Source of the DNA: a virus
IMG/VR virus record: IMGVR_UViG_3300044960_000113
Location: 64,001 to 128,000 of that record
Length of the DNA: 64,000 nucleotides
Reading direction: 5' to 3' (one strand)
Shown here: in pieces, positions 30,054 through 40,716 of the stretch
How the letters are laid out: the number at the start of each line of letters is the position of its first letter
Numbering within the stretch: position 1 is the first letter of the stretch
The notes under the pieces: generated by a model
Seen by the model: only the letters and a program-made list of their open reading frames with translations
The model's database searches: none
What the model was told of the DNA's origin: nothing
Translations under genes and position numbers: made by a program

Positions 30054-31034
30054 ATGACTTACGCAAGAGGTTCAAAAGTATTACCATCAGATTATGATAA
30101 TTTTACAGGTGGTCAAGATCCAACTGTAGCATTTGCATCATCTGCAGCAGCAACAAATAAAGCTTCTGCTTTATTTGGTGTTGGTTATGGAGATAGGGGA
30201 TATGGACAAACTGGTATATCAATATCAGCCAAATCATCTGGAACTAAAGTATTAGCAAGTGATTGGGCAAATTTAAGAAGTATGATTAATATATGTGCGT
30301 TACATCAAGGAACAGCTACAACACTTTTACCACCAGCACCATCAACAGGTAATTCTTTAGTAGCACATGAACAAGATGCACCATCTTTAAATGCATATGA
30401 TTATCAAGACATGTTAGCTAATATTGATGCTAATAGATTCAATACAAATAATGGTGCATCGATGACATTAACAGCAAATGCATTAACAATTACGCGTTCA
30501 ACAACATGGTCAACAAATATATATTGTAGTGCAATTTATAATTTTGTAACAGAAGATCAAGCTAGATATTTTTTTAATTCTGGTGGTGAAATACGTGTTA
30601 CACTAAGTCAAACAACACAATCTAATTCTCAATCTATAAATTGGGGTACAGTATTTTCAAATATAGGAACAGTAGCAATAAAAGCAAATACAACAACAAG
30701 AAGTGGAACAATTGGTATACCACAAAATTCTGGTTATTATCAACAAATATTAAATACATATGTGATGGTTTTTAATGGAACTAATATAGGAACAGGAGCA
30801 TATTCTTCAAATGATGTCTATATATATACATATGGTCTTGATTCACCTGGACCAAATGGAGGAAAAGGTTATAGAGTTTTGGTACAAATAAATTTACAAG
30901 ATCAACATACAGGTCCATCTGACATTGTTAATGTTGGTACAACAGCAACATTTGGATTCTTAAAAGCTACATCTCCATTAAGTGGAATTGTGACACCAAC
31001 AGTTACTCAGAATGTACCGTGGACTGTATTTTAA
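30054..31034 (+). CDS. Virion structural protein (putative)
   Basis: ARYFFNSGGEIR motif typical of jumbo-phage virion proteins; located in the late block. Confidence 0.6.
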   Translation: MTYARGSKVLPSDYDNFTGGQDPTVAFASSAAATNKASALFGVGYGDRGYGQTGISISAKSSGTKVLASDWANLRSMINICALHQGTATTLLPPAPSTGNSLVAHEQDAPSLNAYDYQDMLANIDANRFNTNNGASMTLTANALTITRSTTWSTNIYCSAIYNFVTEDQARYFFNSGGEIRVTLSQTTQSNSQSINWGTVFSNIGTVAIKANTTTRSGTIGIPQNSGYYQQILNTYVMVFNGTNIGTGAYSSNDVYIYTYGLDSPGPNGGKGYRVLVQINLQDQHTGPSDIVNVGTTATFGFLKATSPLSGIVTPTVTQNVPWTVF

Positions 31035-31441
31035 TTGATTAAATATTGTTTATTTGTATAAACTGAAAATTCTTCAGTTATTGCCCATTTTTTAGTTTTT
31101 ATTATATCAAATAATATTGTTGGATCTTTTTTCTTTGTTATAAAAAGTGTTATTAATTTATTAGTTTTACCAATATTTTTTATTTCTATAAGATCTAATG
31201 TATTTATTCTAATTATATGTGCATCTTTTTTATTTGACAATATTAACCTATTATTATCATCAATTATTATTTTCCATTCATTAATAGACGTTTCACCTAA
31301 AAGTATACTTTTAGCTATAGGGTCAAAAGGTATTTCGAAACTTTTAATGTTTTCACGGTTTAAATCACATATTTTATTGGGCCCAATCTGTAATATTTCA
31401 AATGTTATTTCATCATAATGACAATAAAATTTTTTATCCAC
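31031..31441 (-). CDS. Hypothetical protein
   Basis: Packed ORF. Confidence 0.5.
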   Translation of the reverse strand: MDKKFYCHYDEITFEILQIGPNKICDLNRENIKSFEIPFDPIAKSILLGETSINEWKIIIDDNNRLILSNKKDAHIIRINTLDLIEIKNIGKTNKLITLFITKKKDPTILFDIIKTKKWAITEEFSVYTNKQYLIN

Positions 31442-32906
31442 GATCTAATTTAACCTCATATCCCCATAATTGTTTAAGATAATTTAATGTTTTTCCTGTA
31501 TAATCTTCATTAAGTGGTCTGCCTCTAAATGGAAAATATTTTAAATATAATGTTCTATCACCGATTTTATCATGACCAACAATTTGAATGTTTGGTACAT
31601 AATTAATTCTATTATATGACTCAGATAAATGATTTCTTATTCTTTCATAACCAATTTCATCATGAATTTCTTCTACAAAAAATGCATCGCCTTTTTCATC
31701 ATATTCAATTTCAAATAATTTAAAATCTCTTATAACTTTTGGTGATAACCACTGTTGAATAAATGAATCATCTTTATAATTAGATGCTGCATCTTTAACA
31801 ACATCTTGCCATCTTTGTCCTATTATATTTGGGAACCATTTTTTATCTTCTTCTGTTGGTGATTCACATATTCTTTTTAAATCTCTAAATATAGCAAAAC
31901 CTAATGCATATGGATTTAATCCAGAATACCAAGGTTTCCAATATTCTGGTTGATATATAACATTAGTGTGTGAAATTAAAAAACTTTGCATTGTACCATC
32001 ATCGATTAAACCTTTTTCATAAAGTCTATTGACAATATAATAATGTGTAAATGAAGCAAATCCTTCATTTAAAGTTTTTGTGCTGCCTTGAGGGTAAAAA
32101 TATTGTGATATTTTTCTAACAATACGAATTATTTCTCGTTCCCATGGTTTTAAATTTGGTGCATTTTTTTCTATATAATATAGAATATTTTCTTGTGGTT
32201 CAATTTCTTTAGGATCAATTTTTGAAGTTTTTGAATCATTTTTTTCAATACCATGAATAGTTTTATTTATTACATCGTCATAATATTGAATTTCTTTATC
32301 ATATTTTATTTTTTCTTGCATTAGACGTTCTTCTTCATTTAATCTCTTTTTAGAACGTCTCACGTATGCATCAACACCATGATCACGTAATGAATGACAT
32401 GCATCTAATAATTTTTCAACTTCAGAAATTCCATATTTTTCTTCACATGATGCTATATATTTTTTAGCAAATTCCATATAATCTATAATATATTCAGCAT
32501 TAGTAAAAGTTTTAAACATATAATTATTTTTAAAAACAAAATTATGTCCAAATGCTGCATGAGCTATAACCAACATTTGCATAGTTGCATCATTTTCTTC
32601 CATTAAATAATTAATACATGGGTTAGAATTTATAACCATCTCATATGCAAGCCCCATATTTCCCTTTTTATATTGATTCCAGTTTTTAACAAAATCTTTA
32701 CCAAATGACCAATGATTATAATTGACGGGCAAACCTATAGATGAATATGCATCTAGCATCATTTCAGCAGAAACAATTTCTAGTTGATTTGGGTAATATG
32801 TCAACTCCATTTCTTTTGTTGCTATTTTTTCGCATTCATCATAAATTTTTTTGATTAATGAAATATTCCAATCTTCACCAGATTTAAATAATAATTTTTT
32901 TGGCAT
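31434..32906 (-). CDS. spoVR: SpoVR/YcgB-family protein
   Basis: GLPVNYNHWSFGK, LAYEMVINSNPC, AHAAFGHNFVFKNN, TKTLNEGFASF. Confidence 0.92.
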   Translation of the reverse strand: MPKKLLFKSGEDWNISLIKKIYDECEKIATKEMELTYYPNQLEIVSAEMMLDAYSSIGLPVNYNHWSFGKDFVKNWNQYKKGNMGLAYEMVINSNPCINYLMEENDATMQMLVIAHAAFGHNFVFKNNYMFKTFTNAEYIIDYMEFAKKYIASCEEKYGISEVEKLLDACHSLRDHGVDAYVRRSKKRLNEEERLMQEKIKYDKEIQYYDDVINKTIHGIEKNDSKTSKIDPKEIEPQENILYYIEKNAPNLKPWEREIIRIVRKISQYFYPQGSTKTLNEGFASFTHYYIVNRLYEKGLIDDGTMQSFLISHTNVIYQPEYWKPWYSGLNPYALGFAIFRDLKRICESPTEEDKKWFPNIIGQRWQDVVKDAASNYKDDSFIQQWLSPKVIRDFKLFEIEYDEKGDAFFVEEIHDEIGYERIRNHLSESYNRINYVPNIQIVGHDKIGDRTLYLKYFPFRGRPLNEDYTGKTLNYLKQLWGYEVKLDRG

Positions 32907-32941
32907 TTTTATAAAATTGTATGTAATTTAATTATATATAT

Positions 32942-34249
32942 TTAATTATTTATTTTTTTTTTAAAGAATTTTCTAAATACTTCATAAATTTGAGATTCAT
33001 CATCAATATATTCTGCATTAAAATTTTTTGTTGTATGTAATAAATTTTTATATGCATCCCAAAGAGGATGATTTCCTGCTATTATAGAAATGTATCTATT
33101 ATTTCTAATTTCTAGATATGAAAAATGTTGTATTTTTGGTAATAATTTATTTTTGATTATATGGATACATTCAGCATTATCTTCATGTATATTGTCTCCG
33201 TCAGATGTTTGACAAATATAAATATTTGTTTCTGCTGGGTTATATCGTTTTGATATAATATCATCTACTAATTTAAGTGCAGATGATACGATAGTTCCTC
33301 CACTTTCACGTGTTGTAAAAAATGTATGTTCATCAACTTCATGTGCAGTATCAGTATGACATATATAAACAATGTCTGGGTTTTCATATTTTCTATGCAC
33401 AAATACATAAAATAGAGTAAAGAATTTTCTAGAAATTGTTTTTTCTCTTTCACCCATAGAACCGGAATTGTCCATGATAAAAAATATTACAGCCTTTGAT
33501 TTTTTCTTTGGTTTATAATCATTAACACGAAAACGAAGATCTATTGTATCTAAGAAAGGGATAGATTTAATCTTCTTCGTATATCCCGTGATTTTCTTTT
33601 CTAATTCTGATATTTTTTTGAGATCATTTTCATCTAAATTATCTTTAGTTTTTATATCATCAATTTCATCTTGTGCTTTTTTAAGCAATTTTTTCCATTT
33701 ACTTTTCAATGCAATTCTTCTTAATTTAGATTGTGTTATTGATCTAATAATAGATAACCTATTAGGTGGACCAACATTAGTAAATCCAGCATGTGTTGGA
33801 ATTATTTCAACTATCTGTGTTTGTTGTTTATCTTCTATATTTGGTAACTCTAAATCTTCAAAAAAATAATTTAAAAATTCATCACGTGAAACATTAACAA
33901 TAAAATCATCTTCACTATTACCCTGTCCAGCAGAAGGACCATTACCTATTCCATTTTCTTTTCTATCTTTTAAAATATCAAATTCATCGCCACGGATATA
34001 TTTATAATTACCACTTAATATAACAGGTCCATGAAAAATTGATTTATCATATATAAATCTTGGTTCTTCTATCGTATTTTGAGATATAATTACATTATTA
34101 TTACTATCTAAATCACCAACTTTTTTGCCAATTATATCAATTGTTTTTTTATTAATAAATGACTTAATTCTTCTTAAAAATCTCTGTTTATTTCCAGAAG
34201 ATCTTTTTTTAGCAACATTTCGTCTATCAATAATTGTAAATGTTGACAT
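32942..34249 (-). CDS. yeaH: YeaH/YhbH (DUF444) vWA protein
   Basis: MDNSGSM MIDAS, FTTRESGGTIVSS, QTSDGDN. Confidence 0.9.
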   Translation of the reverse strand: MSTFTIIDRRNVAKKRSSGNKQRFLRRIKSFINKKTIDIIGKKVGDLDSNNNVIISQNTIEEPRFIYDKSIFHGPVILSGNYKYIRGDEFDILKDRKENGIGNGPSAGQGNSEDDFIVNVSRDEFLNYFFEDLELPNIEDKQQTQIVEIIPTHAGFTNVGPPNRLSIIRSITQSKLRRIALKSKWKKLLKKAQDEIDDIKTKDNLDENDLKKISELEKKITGYTKKIKSIPFLDTIDLRFRVNDYKPKKKSKAVIFFIMDNSGSMGEREKTISRKFFTLFYVFVHRKYENPDIVYICHTDTAHEVDEHTFFTTRESGGTIVSSALKLVDDIISKRYNPAETNIYICQTSDGDNIHEDNAECIHIIKNKLLPKIQHFSYLEIRNNRYISIIAGNHPLWDAYKNLLHTTKNFNAEYIDDESQIYEVFRKFFKKKINN

Positions 34250-34256
34250 TTATTTC

Positions 34257-36221
34257 CTATGAAGTACTCTTTTTAATACGTTGATACCATTCAACAAGTA
34301 ATTTTATTTGTCTTTTTGTATATCCACGTGTCATCATACGTTTAACAAAATCATCATGTTTCTTTTGGTCTTCAGATGAACTTTTTGGACCAAAACTAAT
34401 AACTGGCATAATATCTTCAGTTGCCGAAAACATCTTTTGCTCAATTACAGTTTTTATTTTTTCAAAACTATTCCATCTTGGGAATTCACCTTTATTATTT
34501 GCTTTATGTCTTAACACAAAATTGACAATTTCATGTCTAAAATCTTTTGGATTTGAAATTTGTGCCGGTTTTTCAATTTTGTTTAATTCATCGTCTAATG
34601 CTTTGCGATCATACATTTCATGTGTTTCTGGGTGTCTAAAATCAGTATCTGATATCCATGCATCTGCATACATAACATATTTTTCAAATATGTTTTGACC
34701 ATAATCAGAATATGATTCTAAAAATGCAACACGTAATTCTTTTTCTAAATATTCTACATATTTTGGTATCAATAAACTTTTTATAAAATCTATATAAGTA
34801 TTTTGTATATCTTTTGGCAAATGTTCTTGTTCAATAGAATTTTCTAACACATAAAATAAATGAACAGGGTTTGCTGCAGTTTCTTCTGGATCCATATCAA
34901 ATGTTTTAGATAAAACCTTAAAAGCAAATCTTGTTGACATACCAGTCATACCTTCATTTACACCTACTTTTTCTTTTGCATCATCTTTGTATTCTTGTAA
35001 AGGTTTTGCTTTTGGATCAGTGTCCTTAATATTTTCACCATCATAAACTCTCATTTTTGACCAAATAGAAGAATTTTCTGGTTCAACAAGTCTAGTAAGA
35101 ACAGAAAATCTTGCTAAAATTTGTAATGTATCTGGTGCACATGGTGCTTTTTCTAATGCAGAATTATGAAGTAATTTTTCATAAATTTTTACTTCTTCAG
35201 TAACACGTAAACAATATGGTACTTTAATTATAAAGACTCTATCTAAAAATGCTTCATTTGTTTTATCATTTCTAAATTTTTGCCATTCTGATTCATTTGA
35301 ATGCGCAAAAATGATACCTTGGAAAGGAAGTCCAGAAATTGCCTCTGTTCCATTATAAGAATGAGATTGAGTTGCTTCTAAAAGTGGATTCAACGTTTTA
35401 ATATCAGCTTTAAACATTTCAGCAAAATTGACAACTCCACGATTACCACGACATAAACCACCAGAATAACTATATGCGTATGGATGATTAGATGGATAAT
35501 CTTCTAATTTTCTAATATCAATTTTTCCAACTAATGCTGAAATATCTTGATTATTTGGATCTCCTGGTTCAATTTTAGAAATACAAATTTGATGATCTTT
35601 GCTTGGATAAATTTTTTCTACTGTGAATTTTGATATATCACCACCGAATTCTTTTAACTTTTCATTTACCCATGGAGATGGACGAGTAATAATTACTCTA
35701 GATGGAATATTATATTCATTTTCTAGAAATTTTTTAGCTTCTTGATTATTAAATAAACTTAAAGGATCATCAAACACAGGCGATAGTTCATCTTCTGCAC
35801 GTAAAACATATACTGGTTGTGTTTCCATTAATTCTTCAATTCTATCAACAAGTGATGATTTACCTCCACCAACAGGTCCTAAGAAATAAAGAATTTGTTT
35901 ACTTTCTTCCAATCCTTGAGCATAATGTTTTAAGAACGATACTAAATTTTCTATGGTTTCTTCCATTCCATAAAAGTCTGAAAATGCAGGATAAATACGG
36001 ATTTTACGATTTAAAAAAATTCTTCCTAATCTTGGATCTTCAGATGTATCTATTATTTTTGGTTCGCCTATTGCTTTTAATAAACGTTCTGCTGGAGATG
36101 AATATACAGATGGATCTGATTTACATAAATTTAAATATTCTTCTAATGATAATATATTATTAGAAAACATATTATCAAATCGTTGTTTTGATATTTTTGT
36201 TAATGAATCAAACAAACTCAT
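34257..36221 (-). CDS. prkA: PrkA/YeaG AAA+ serine kinase family
   Basis: LGPVGGGKSS, NNQDISALVGK, YSYSGGLCRGNRG, AHSNESEW. Confidence 0.93.
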   Translation of the reverse strand: MSLFDSLTKISKQRFDNMFSNNILSLEEYLNLCKSDPSVYSSPAERLLKAIGEPKIIDTSEDPRLGRIFLNRKIRIYPAFSDFYGMEETIENLVSFLKHYAQGLEESKQILYFLGPVGGGKSSLVDRIEELMETQPVYVLRAEDELSPVFDDPLSLFNNQEAKKFLENEYNIPSRVIITRPSPWVNEKLKEFGGDISKFTVEKIYPSKDHQICISKIEPGDPNNQDISALVGKIDIRKLEDYPSNHPYAYSYSGGLCRGNRGVVNFAEMFKADIKTLNPLLEATQSHSYNGTEAISGLPFQGIIFAHSNESEWQKFRNDKTNEAFLDRVFIIKVPYCLRVTEEVKIYEKLLHNSALEKAPCAPDTLQILARFSVLTRLVEPENSSIWSKMRVYDGENIKDTDPKAKPLQEYKDDAKEKVGVNEGMTGMSTRFAFKVLSKTFDMDPEETAANPVHLFYVLENSIEQEHLPKDIQNTYIDFIKSLLIPKYVEYLEKELRVAFLESYSDYGQNIFEKYVMYADAWISDTDFRHPETHEMYDRKALDDELNKIEKPAQISNPKDFRHEIVNFVLRHKANNKGEFPRWNSFEKIKTVIEQKMFSATEDIMPVISFGPKSSSEDQKKHDDFVKRMMTRGYTKRQIKLLVEWYQRIKKSTS

Positions 36222-36264
36222 ATTATTCCTTTCACGATTATATTAATTCTATTTATTTAATTGT

Positions 36265-36792
36265 TTATCTTTTATAATATAAAAAACTATATGAATATTC
36301 ATTATTTTCATCTTGTGGAAAATTAGTAACTGACATTAAAGTCCATGATTCATCAATTTTTGGAAAATATGAATCACCCTCAATATTACAATGAACTTTT
36401 GTTATAAACATTTCATTAGTAAATGAATGGTTAATAGCTTGTTCATAAACCTTTTGACCGCCAATTATAAAAATTTTAATGTTTGGTTTATTTTTTATAA
36501 TATCGAACCCATAAAATAATGCATCATCATATGATTTCAAAAATAATATTGATTCATTATATTGTTTATTGTATTTGATTATATTAGATGTTAATACAAA
36601 ATTAATTCTATTTGATAATGGTTTTTCATTAAGTGATTCAAATGTTTTTGATCCCATAACAACAATATTGCCAGTTGTCATGTATTTAAAATTTCGTATA
36701 TCTGTCTTTTGGTGCCAGGGAATTTTATTATTTTTACCGATAACACCATTGTCAGAAACAGCGGCAATTATTGCTACGTTATTCTCTATCAT
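36265..36792 (-). CDS. folA: Dihydrofolate reductase
   Basis: NGVIGKNNKIPW, VMGSKTFES, IIGGQKVY, GDSYFP. Confidence 0.93.
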   Translation of the reverse strand: MIENNVAIIAAVSDNGVIGKNNKIPWHQKTDIRNFKYMTTGNIVVMGSKTFESLNEKPLSNRINFVLTSNIIKYNKQYNESILFLKSYDDALFYGFDIIKNKPNIKIFIIGGQKVYEQAINHSFTNEMFITKVHCNIEGDSYFPKIDESWTLMSVTNFPQDENNEYSYSFLYYKR

Positions 36793-37216
36793 TATATAAA
36801 TATCCTATTATTTTTCCATTTGTTTCAACAGTAAGTGTTTTATAATTAATAGTATGTGCTAATATTTCACCACTATTTTTTATTAATAATGATTGATATG
36901 CATGAACTTTCATGGCTTCTATTTTACCTTCAACAATAATATGATCAGCAGATACTTCTGTTACATTATTTTCGTATATATTAGTATCTACACTTTCTTG
37001 TAAATCATTTGTTTTTTTGGATATTATTCCATCTTTGCCTATATATATTGTAGAATTATTTCCTTTTTCACATCGTATTGATCCAAATACTTGACTGTTA
37101 ATAAAAACACTTTTACCAGCTTCAGCGGTGATATCACCATCAATAATAATTCCATCAATAATGGAATTAAATTGCGTATTTTTTGGTTTAATTTTGTTGA
37201 ACATCTTCAGGTTCAT
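36779..37216 (-). CDS. Bactofilin/polymer-forming cytoskeletal-like protein
   Basis: Beta-helical repeats IDGDI, VFGSI, IIVEGKI, LTVETNGKIIG. Confidence 0.65.
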   Translation of the reverse strand: MNLKMFNKIKPKNTQFNSIIDGIIIDGDITAEAGKSVFINSQVFGSIRCEKGNNSTIYIGKDGIISKKTNDLQESVDTNIYENNVTEVSADHIIVEGKIEAMKVHAYQSLLIKNSGEILAHTINYKTLTVETNGKIIGYLYNDRE

Positions 37217-37670
37217 ATATTGCTCCTGGATTTAATATAATAATAGGACTTTGTTTTGGTAATTCATTTATATTATAAATTCCATTTTCATTAGTATGAA
37301 TAACATCTTTAAAAAATAATTTTAAATCTTTAATTTTAATCCATTTTGGAAATTTTGTATTCTTGAATATACATGCTATTTCTTCAGATTTGGAACTGAT
37401 ATCTTTATCATCAAACACAAAAATAAGTAATTTATCATTAACTTGATGTTCGTGTTTTATGTGTTCATTATTTTTTATGATATTTATTTTTAAACGATTA
37501 AATAATATTGCTAAAAAAATACCAAGGAAGAAAAATGAAGAAAATGAGATTATAAAAGATACAACAATAGAATAAACTATCCCGTATCCTGACGATGAAA
37601 AATCAAGTGCTAATAAAAGCCAAACTATTAAAAATAAAATATCTAAAATTAATCCTAAAAACATAGACAT
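37188..37670 (-). CDS. Membrane protein
   Basis: Two N-terminal hydrophobic segments. Confidence 0.6.
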   Translation of the reverse strand: MSMFLGLILDILFLIVWLLLALDFSSSGYGIVYSIVVSFIISFSSFFFLGIFLAILFNRLKINIIKNNEHIKHEHQVNDKLLIFVFDDKDISSKSEEIACIFKNTKFPKWIKIKDLKLFFKDVIHTNENGIYNINELPKQSPIIILNPGAIYEPEDVQQN

Positions 37671-37870
37671 AGTAACTCCTTTTATAGAAAGAATATTATC
37701 TCGTATATATTATAAGAAAATGCATTTCGATATAAAAATTATTGTATTTGTAATGCTTTAAATTTATTTAGACGATCAATTTTGGATAATTTTTTCATTT
37801 ATTTCTTTAGATTCTATTCTGTATCATTTTATTAATGCATTATTTGCATTAATTTTATTTTCTTTAAATT

Positions 37871-38125
37871 CTAATTCAAATAGTTTATTATATTTATATT
37901 ACGTTTAAACGTTTCTAATAAACCTTTTTCATTTTCATCCTTAATATAATAGATATACAAAGCTTGTTGTTGTTTTAATTGTTTTATATTTTCAGCATGT
38001 GCATAATGTTCAACAATTATTATAAATGTTCCAATAATTAAATTAATAAATGTTAAAAATATTCCTATTATTTTTATATATAAATGTTTAACACTTTCTT
38101 CAAAATTATCATCTCTATATTTCAT
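37871..38125 (-). CDS. Small membrane-anchored hypothetical protein
   Basis: Single hydrophobic segment. Confidence 0.45.
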   Translation of the reverse strand: MKYRDDNFEESVKHLYIKIIGIFLTFINLIIGTFIIIVEHYAHAENIKQLKQQQALYIYYIKDENEKGLLETFKRNINIINYLN

Positions 38126-38190
38126 AAATCATTTTTCCACATTAAACATATATATATTAATTTTTATAATTATATTTTTGATATAATATT

Positions 38191-38760
38191 TTATTTATTC
38201 TGAACATTTTGTAAAGGTTTAAAATTCTTTGTGTTCATTTTTTCATGTATTTGTTCAAATGATACCGGATAATAATTCCAATTATCTACACCTACATCTA
38301 ATGATAATGAATTTTGATCGTCTTGTAATGTTCCATGACTATGACCATATAAATGATATGAACCAAAATGTGACTTATCCCAAACTCTCATAGCGTAATG
38401 ACATAAAACAATTTGTTGAATATCATTAGATTTTTTAATATTGACATAAACATTTTTTATATCACTTATACTTTCAAATCGACTTTTTAGAAGATTTGAT
38501 TTACGAATAATTTTATCATGATTGCCTAAAATTAAATGAATTTTTCCATTTAATTTTTTAAGAATGTTATACAATTTATCTTCTTGAGTAAATCCAACGT
38601 CACCTAAATGATAAATAGTATCTCGTTTTGTAACAATAGAATTCCAATTATCAATAAGAATTTGATCCATTTCTTGTGTAGATGTAAATGGTCTATTACA
38701 ATATTTAATAATATTAAAATGTGAGAAATGTGTATCTGAAGTAAAAAATATGTTCGTCAT
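38191..38760 (-). CDS. Calcineurin-like metallophosphoesterase
   Basis: SDTHF, HLGDV, LGNHD, LCHY, GHSH. Confidence 0.9.
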   Translation of the reverse strand: MTNIFFTSDTHFSHFNIIKYCNRPFTSTQEMDQILIDNWNSIVTKRDTIYHLGDVGFTQEDKLYNILKKLNGKIHLILGNHDKIIRKSNLLKSRFESISDIKNVYVNIKKSNDIQQIVLCHYAMRVWDKSHFGSYHLYGHSHGTLQDDQNSLSLDVGVDNWNYYPVSFEQIHEKMNTKNFKPLQNVQNK

Positions 38761-38813
38761 TTTTAAATGAAAATGGTCTGAGATTTAATTAAAACCTCAG
38801 ATCTAAATACCTC

Positions 38814-39392
38814 TCATTTATTCGCTAACATCCTTGAATGTTTTGGTAAAAATTGTTTTAAAAATTCCATTTGATCTGCTAATATTTTTCTATTTGCTAG
38901 AATCAAATGTTCTGCTCTATTTGGAACGTATGGAACATATAATAATTCCAAATTTGTTTGTTCAAGAGTTTTTGACCCTTTTCTGTGATTGCATGGTTTA
39001 CATGCGGTAACAACGTTAGTCCAAATATCTTTACCACCTAATGATTTTGGAATAATATGATCGCGTGTTAATTTTTCTGTCGGAAACATATTTCCACAGT
39101 ATGCACAAATGTTTTGGTCACGTCTAAATAATGTTTTATTTGAAAGAACAGGTGTTTTAGATAACCATTTTTCAGATTTAGCACGTGTACCTTTCACAGC
39201 AATAATGCTTGATGTTGTAATAGTAGATATTTTGCCAGTAATTCTACTTTTACCACCATAAAAAGTAAATGTAATTTCACCCATTTTCCAGGCAACAAGA
39301 TTCTTTGCTTCATATGTTACAGCATCTTGCCATGTAACCCATTTATTTGGGGTTCCATTAGAATCCAAAGATAAAATTAATGGTGTGCTCAT
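38814..39392 (-). CDS. HNH endonuclease
   Basis: RDQNICAYCG...TRDHIIPKSLGG...NVVTACKPCNHRKG. Confidence 0.9.
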   Translation of the reverse strand: MSTPLILSLDSNGTPNKWVTWQDAVTYEAKNLVAWKMGEITFTFYGGKSRITGKISTITTSSIIAVKGTRAKSEKWLSKTPVLSNKTLFRRDQNICAYCGNMFPTEKLTRDHIIPKSLGGKDIWTNVVTACKPCNHRKGSKTLEQTNLELLYVPYVPNRAEHLILANRKILADQMEFLKQFLPKHSRMLANK

Positions 39393-39546
39393 TTATTTTT
39401 TCCTATTTTCTAAATATTAATTTATATATTTATTACTTATCCTAAATAGTTTTATTTGAATATACTATATTATATCATATTTTTAATGAAAAATAAATAA
39501 ATAAACAATAATATATTTTTCATAATTATATAGGAAAAATCTTAAA

Positions 39547-39942
39547 ATGAAAATTTATGGCGGTGAAATAGCAGAAGGTTCAAGTATTTTAAATTTAACA
39601 GTTGCAAATGGAACATCATTTCCATCTAATCCAAATGCTGCAGAATTATTTTATAGAACAGATGAAAATAAACTTTATGTCCATAATGGAACAACATGGG
39701 TTGAATTATCTACAACTGGTGCAGGAACATCATATAAACACATTCAATCTTCGGCAAGTACAACATGGACAATAGAGCATAACCTCAATACTATAGATAT
39801 TTTATTTAATATCTATGTAGATATAGGTGAAAATGTGTATAAGCCAATTATACCTAATGATTTCAGTTTTACTGATAATAATACTATTACATTAACGTTT
39901 TCAATTGCATGTTCAGGATATGCAATTATTAAAAAGATATAA
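39547..39942 (+). CDS. Virion protein sharing its N-terminal module with the 27005 fibre
   Basis: EGSSILNLTV..G.SFPS.P...ELFY.T..NKLYV..G..WV; HIQSSASTTWTIEHNL. Confidence 0.65.
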   Translation: MKIYGGEIAEGSSILNLTVANGTSFPSNPNAAELFYRTDENKLYVHNGTTWVELSTTGAGTSYKHIQSSASTTWTIEHNLNTIDILFNIYVDIGENVYKPIIPNDFSFTDNNTITLTFSIACSGYAIIKKI

Positions 39943-39944
39943 AA

Positions 39945-40373
39945 ATGATTTTATTAATGGGTGAATGCGGTTCTGGTAAAACCACTTTAGCAAATGAATT
40001 AGTGAAACATATTCAATATTCCTGTGTAATTGATTCGGATGTTATTAGGTCATCAATTTATAATTTTGGATATGATGATGATGGAAGACGAAAAAATATG
40101 AGGTTGTGTCTTCAACTCGGTCGATTATATGAAAATTTAGGAATTACACCAATTGTTGCACTTCAAGCACCTTTTAAAGATATACGAGACGAACTGTTAA
40201 CAAAAAACGATTTTAAAATTTTAGTCATAAATAATAATAATCAGAAAAAAATAGAAAATGAAAAAAGAAATGATTGGATTACACCAGTTAGTAATTGGTC
40301 AGATGCAGATTTAACAGTTTATTTTAATGAAGAAGATTGCATTAGCAAAATTTTATCACGTATTATTTGGTAA
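39945..40373 (+). CDS. Adenylyl-sulfate kinase-like P-loop kinase
   Basis: GECGSGKTT, IDSDVIR, GYDDDGRRKN, VALQAPFKDIR. Confidence 0.7.
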   Translation: MILLMGECGSGKTTLANELVKHIQYSCVIDSDVIRSSIYNFGYDDDGRRKNMRLCLQLGRLYENLGITPIVALQAPFKDIRDELLTKNDFKILVINNNNQKKIENEKRNDWITPVSNWSDADLTVYFNEEDCISKILSRIIW

Positions 40374-40650
40374 TATCCCACTTAATTTCTGGATAATCTT
40401 TTTCAGTAACCCATTCCTTTTTTAAACCAATTAAATATAAAAATTGGTTAAACATCATCTTGATTTTTGCCGCAATTCCTGTTTGTGTGAAAAAATACCA
40501 ATCAGTTTTAATATTTAACCAAAATAATTCTAATGGAGAATTACCAAGTCGTTCAAGTTCTTCAAAATCATCCAATGTTGGATGAATATCTAAATTGTCA
40601 TTGATGATTTGTTTTTTATCTGTATTCATAACATATCTGTAACAACTCAA
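40363..40650 (-). CDS. Hypothetical protein
   Basis: ORF behind a TTTACA-N17-TATAAT promoter (40669-40697). Confidence 0.5.
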   Translation of the reverse strand: MSCYRYVMNTDKKQIINDNLDIHPTLDDFEELERLGNSPLELFWLNIKTDWYFFTQTGIAAKIKMMFNQFLYLIGLKKEWVTEKDYPEIKWDITK

Positions 40651-40716
40651 TAATCCATAATTATGAATATTATAACATAAATTCTATAATTTGTAAACAG
40701 TTATTTTAAATATAAA

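Noticed and set aside
24734-31034. Diversity-generating retroelement acting on fibre genes
   Set aside because: No reverse transcriptase and no template/variable pair differing at adenines were seen; the 115-bp repeat is an in-frame tandem duplication.
37750-37885. About 45 codons interrupted only by two TGA codons
   Set aside because: No start codon or recognisable motif; such a stretch is plausible by chance in AT-rich DNA.
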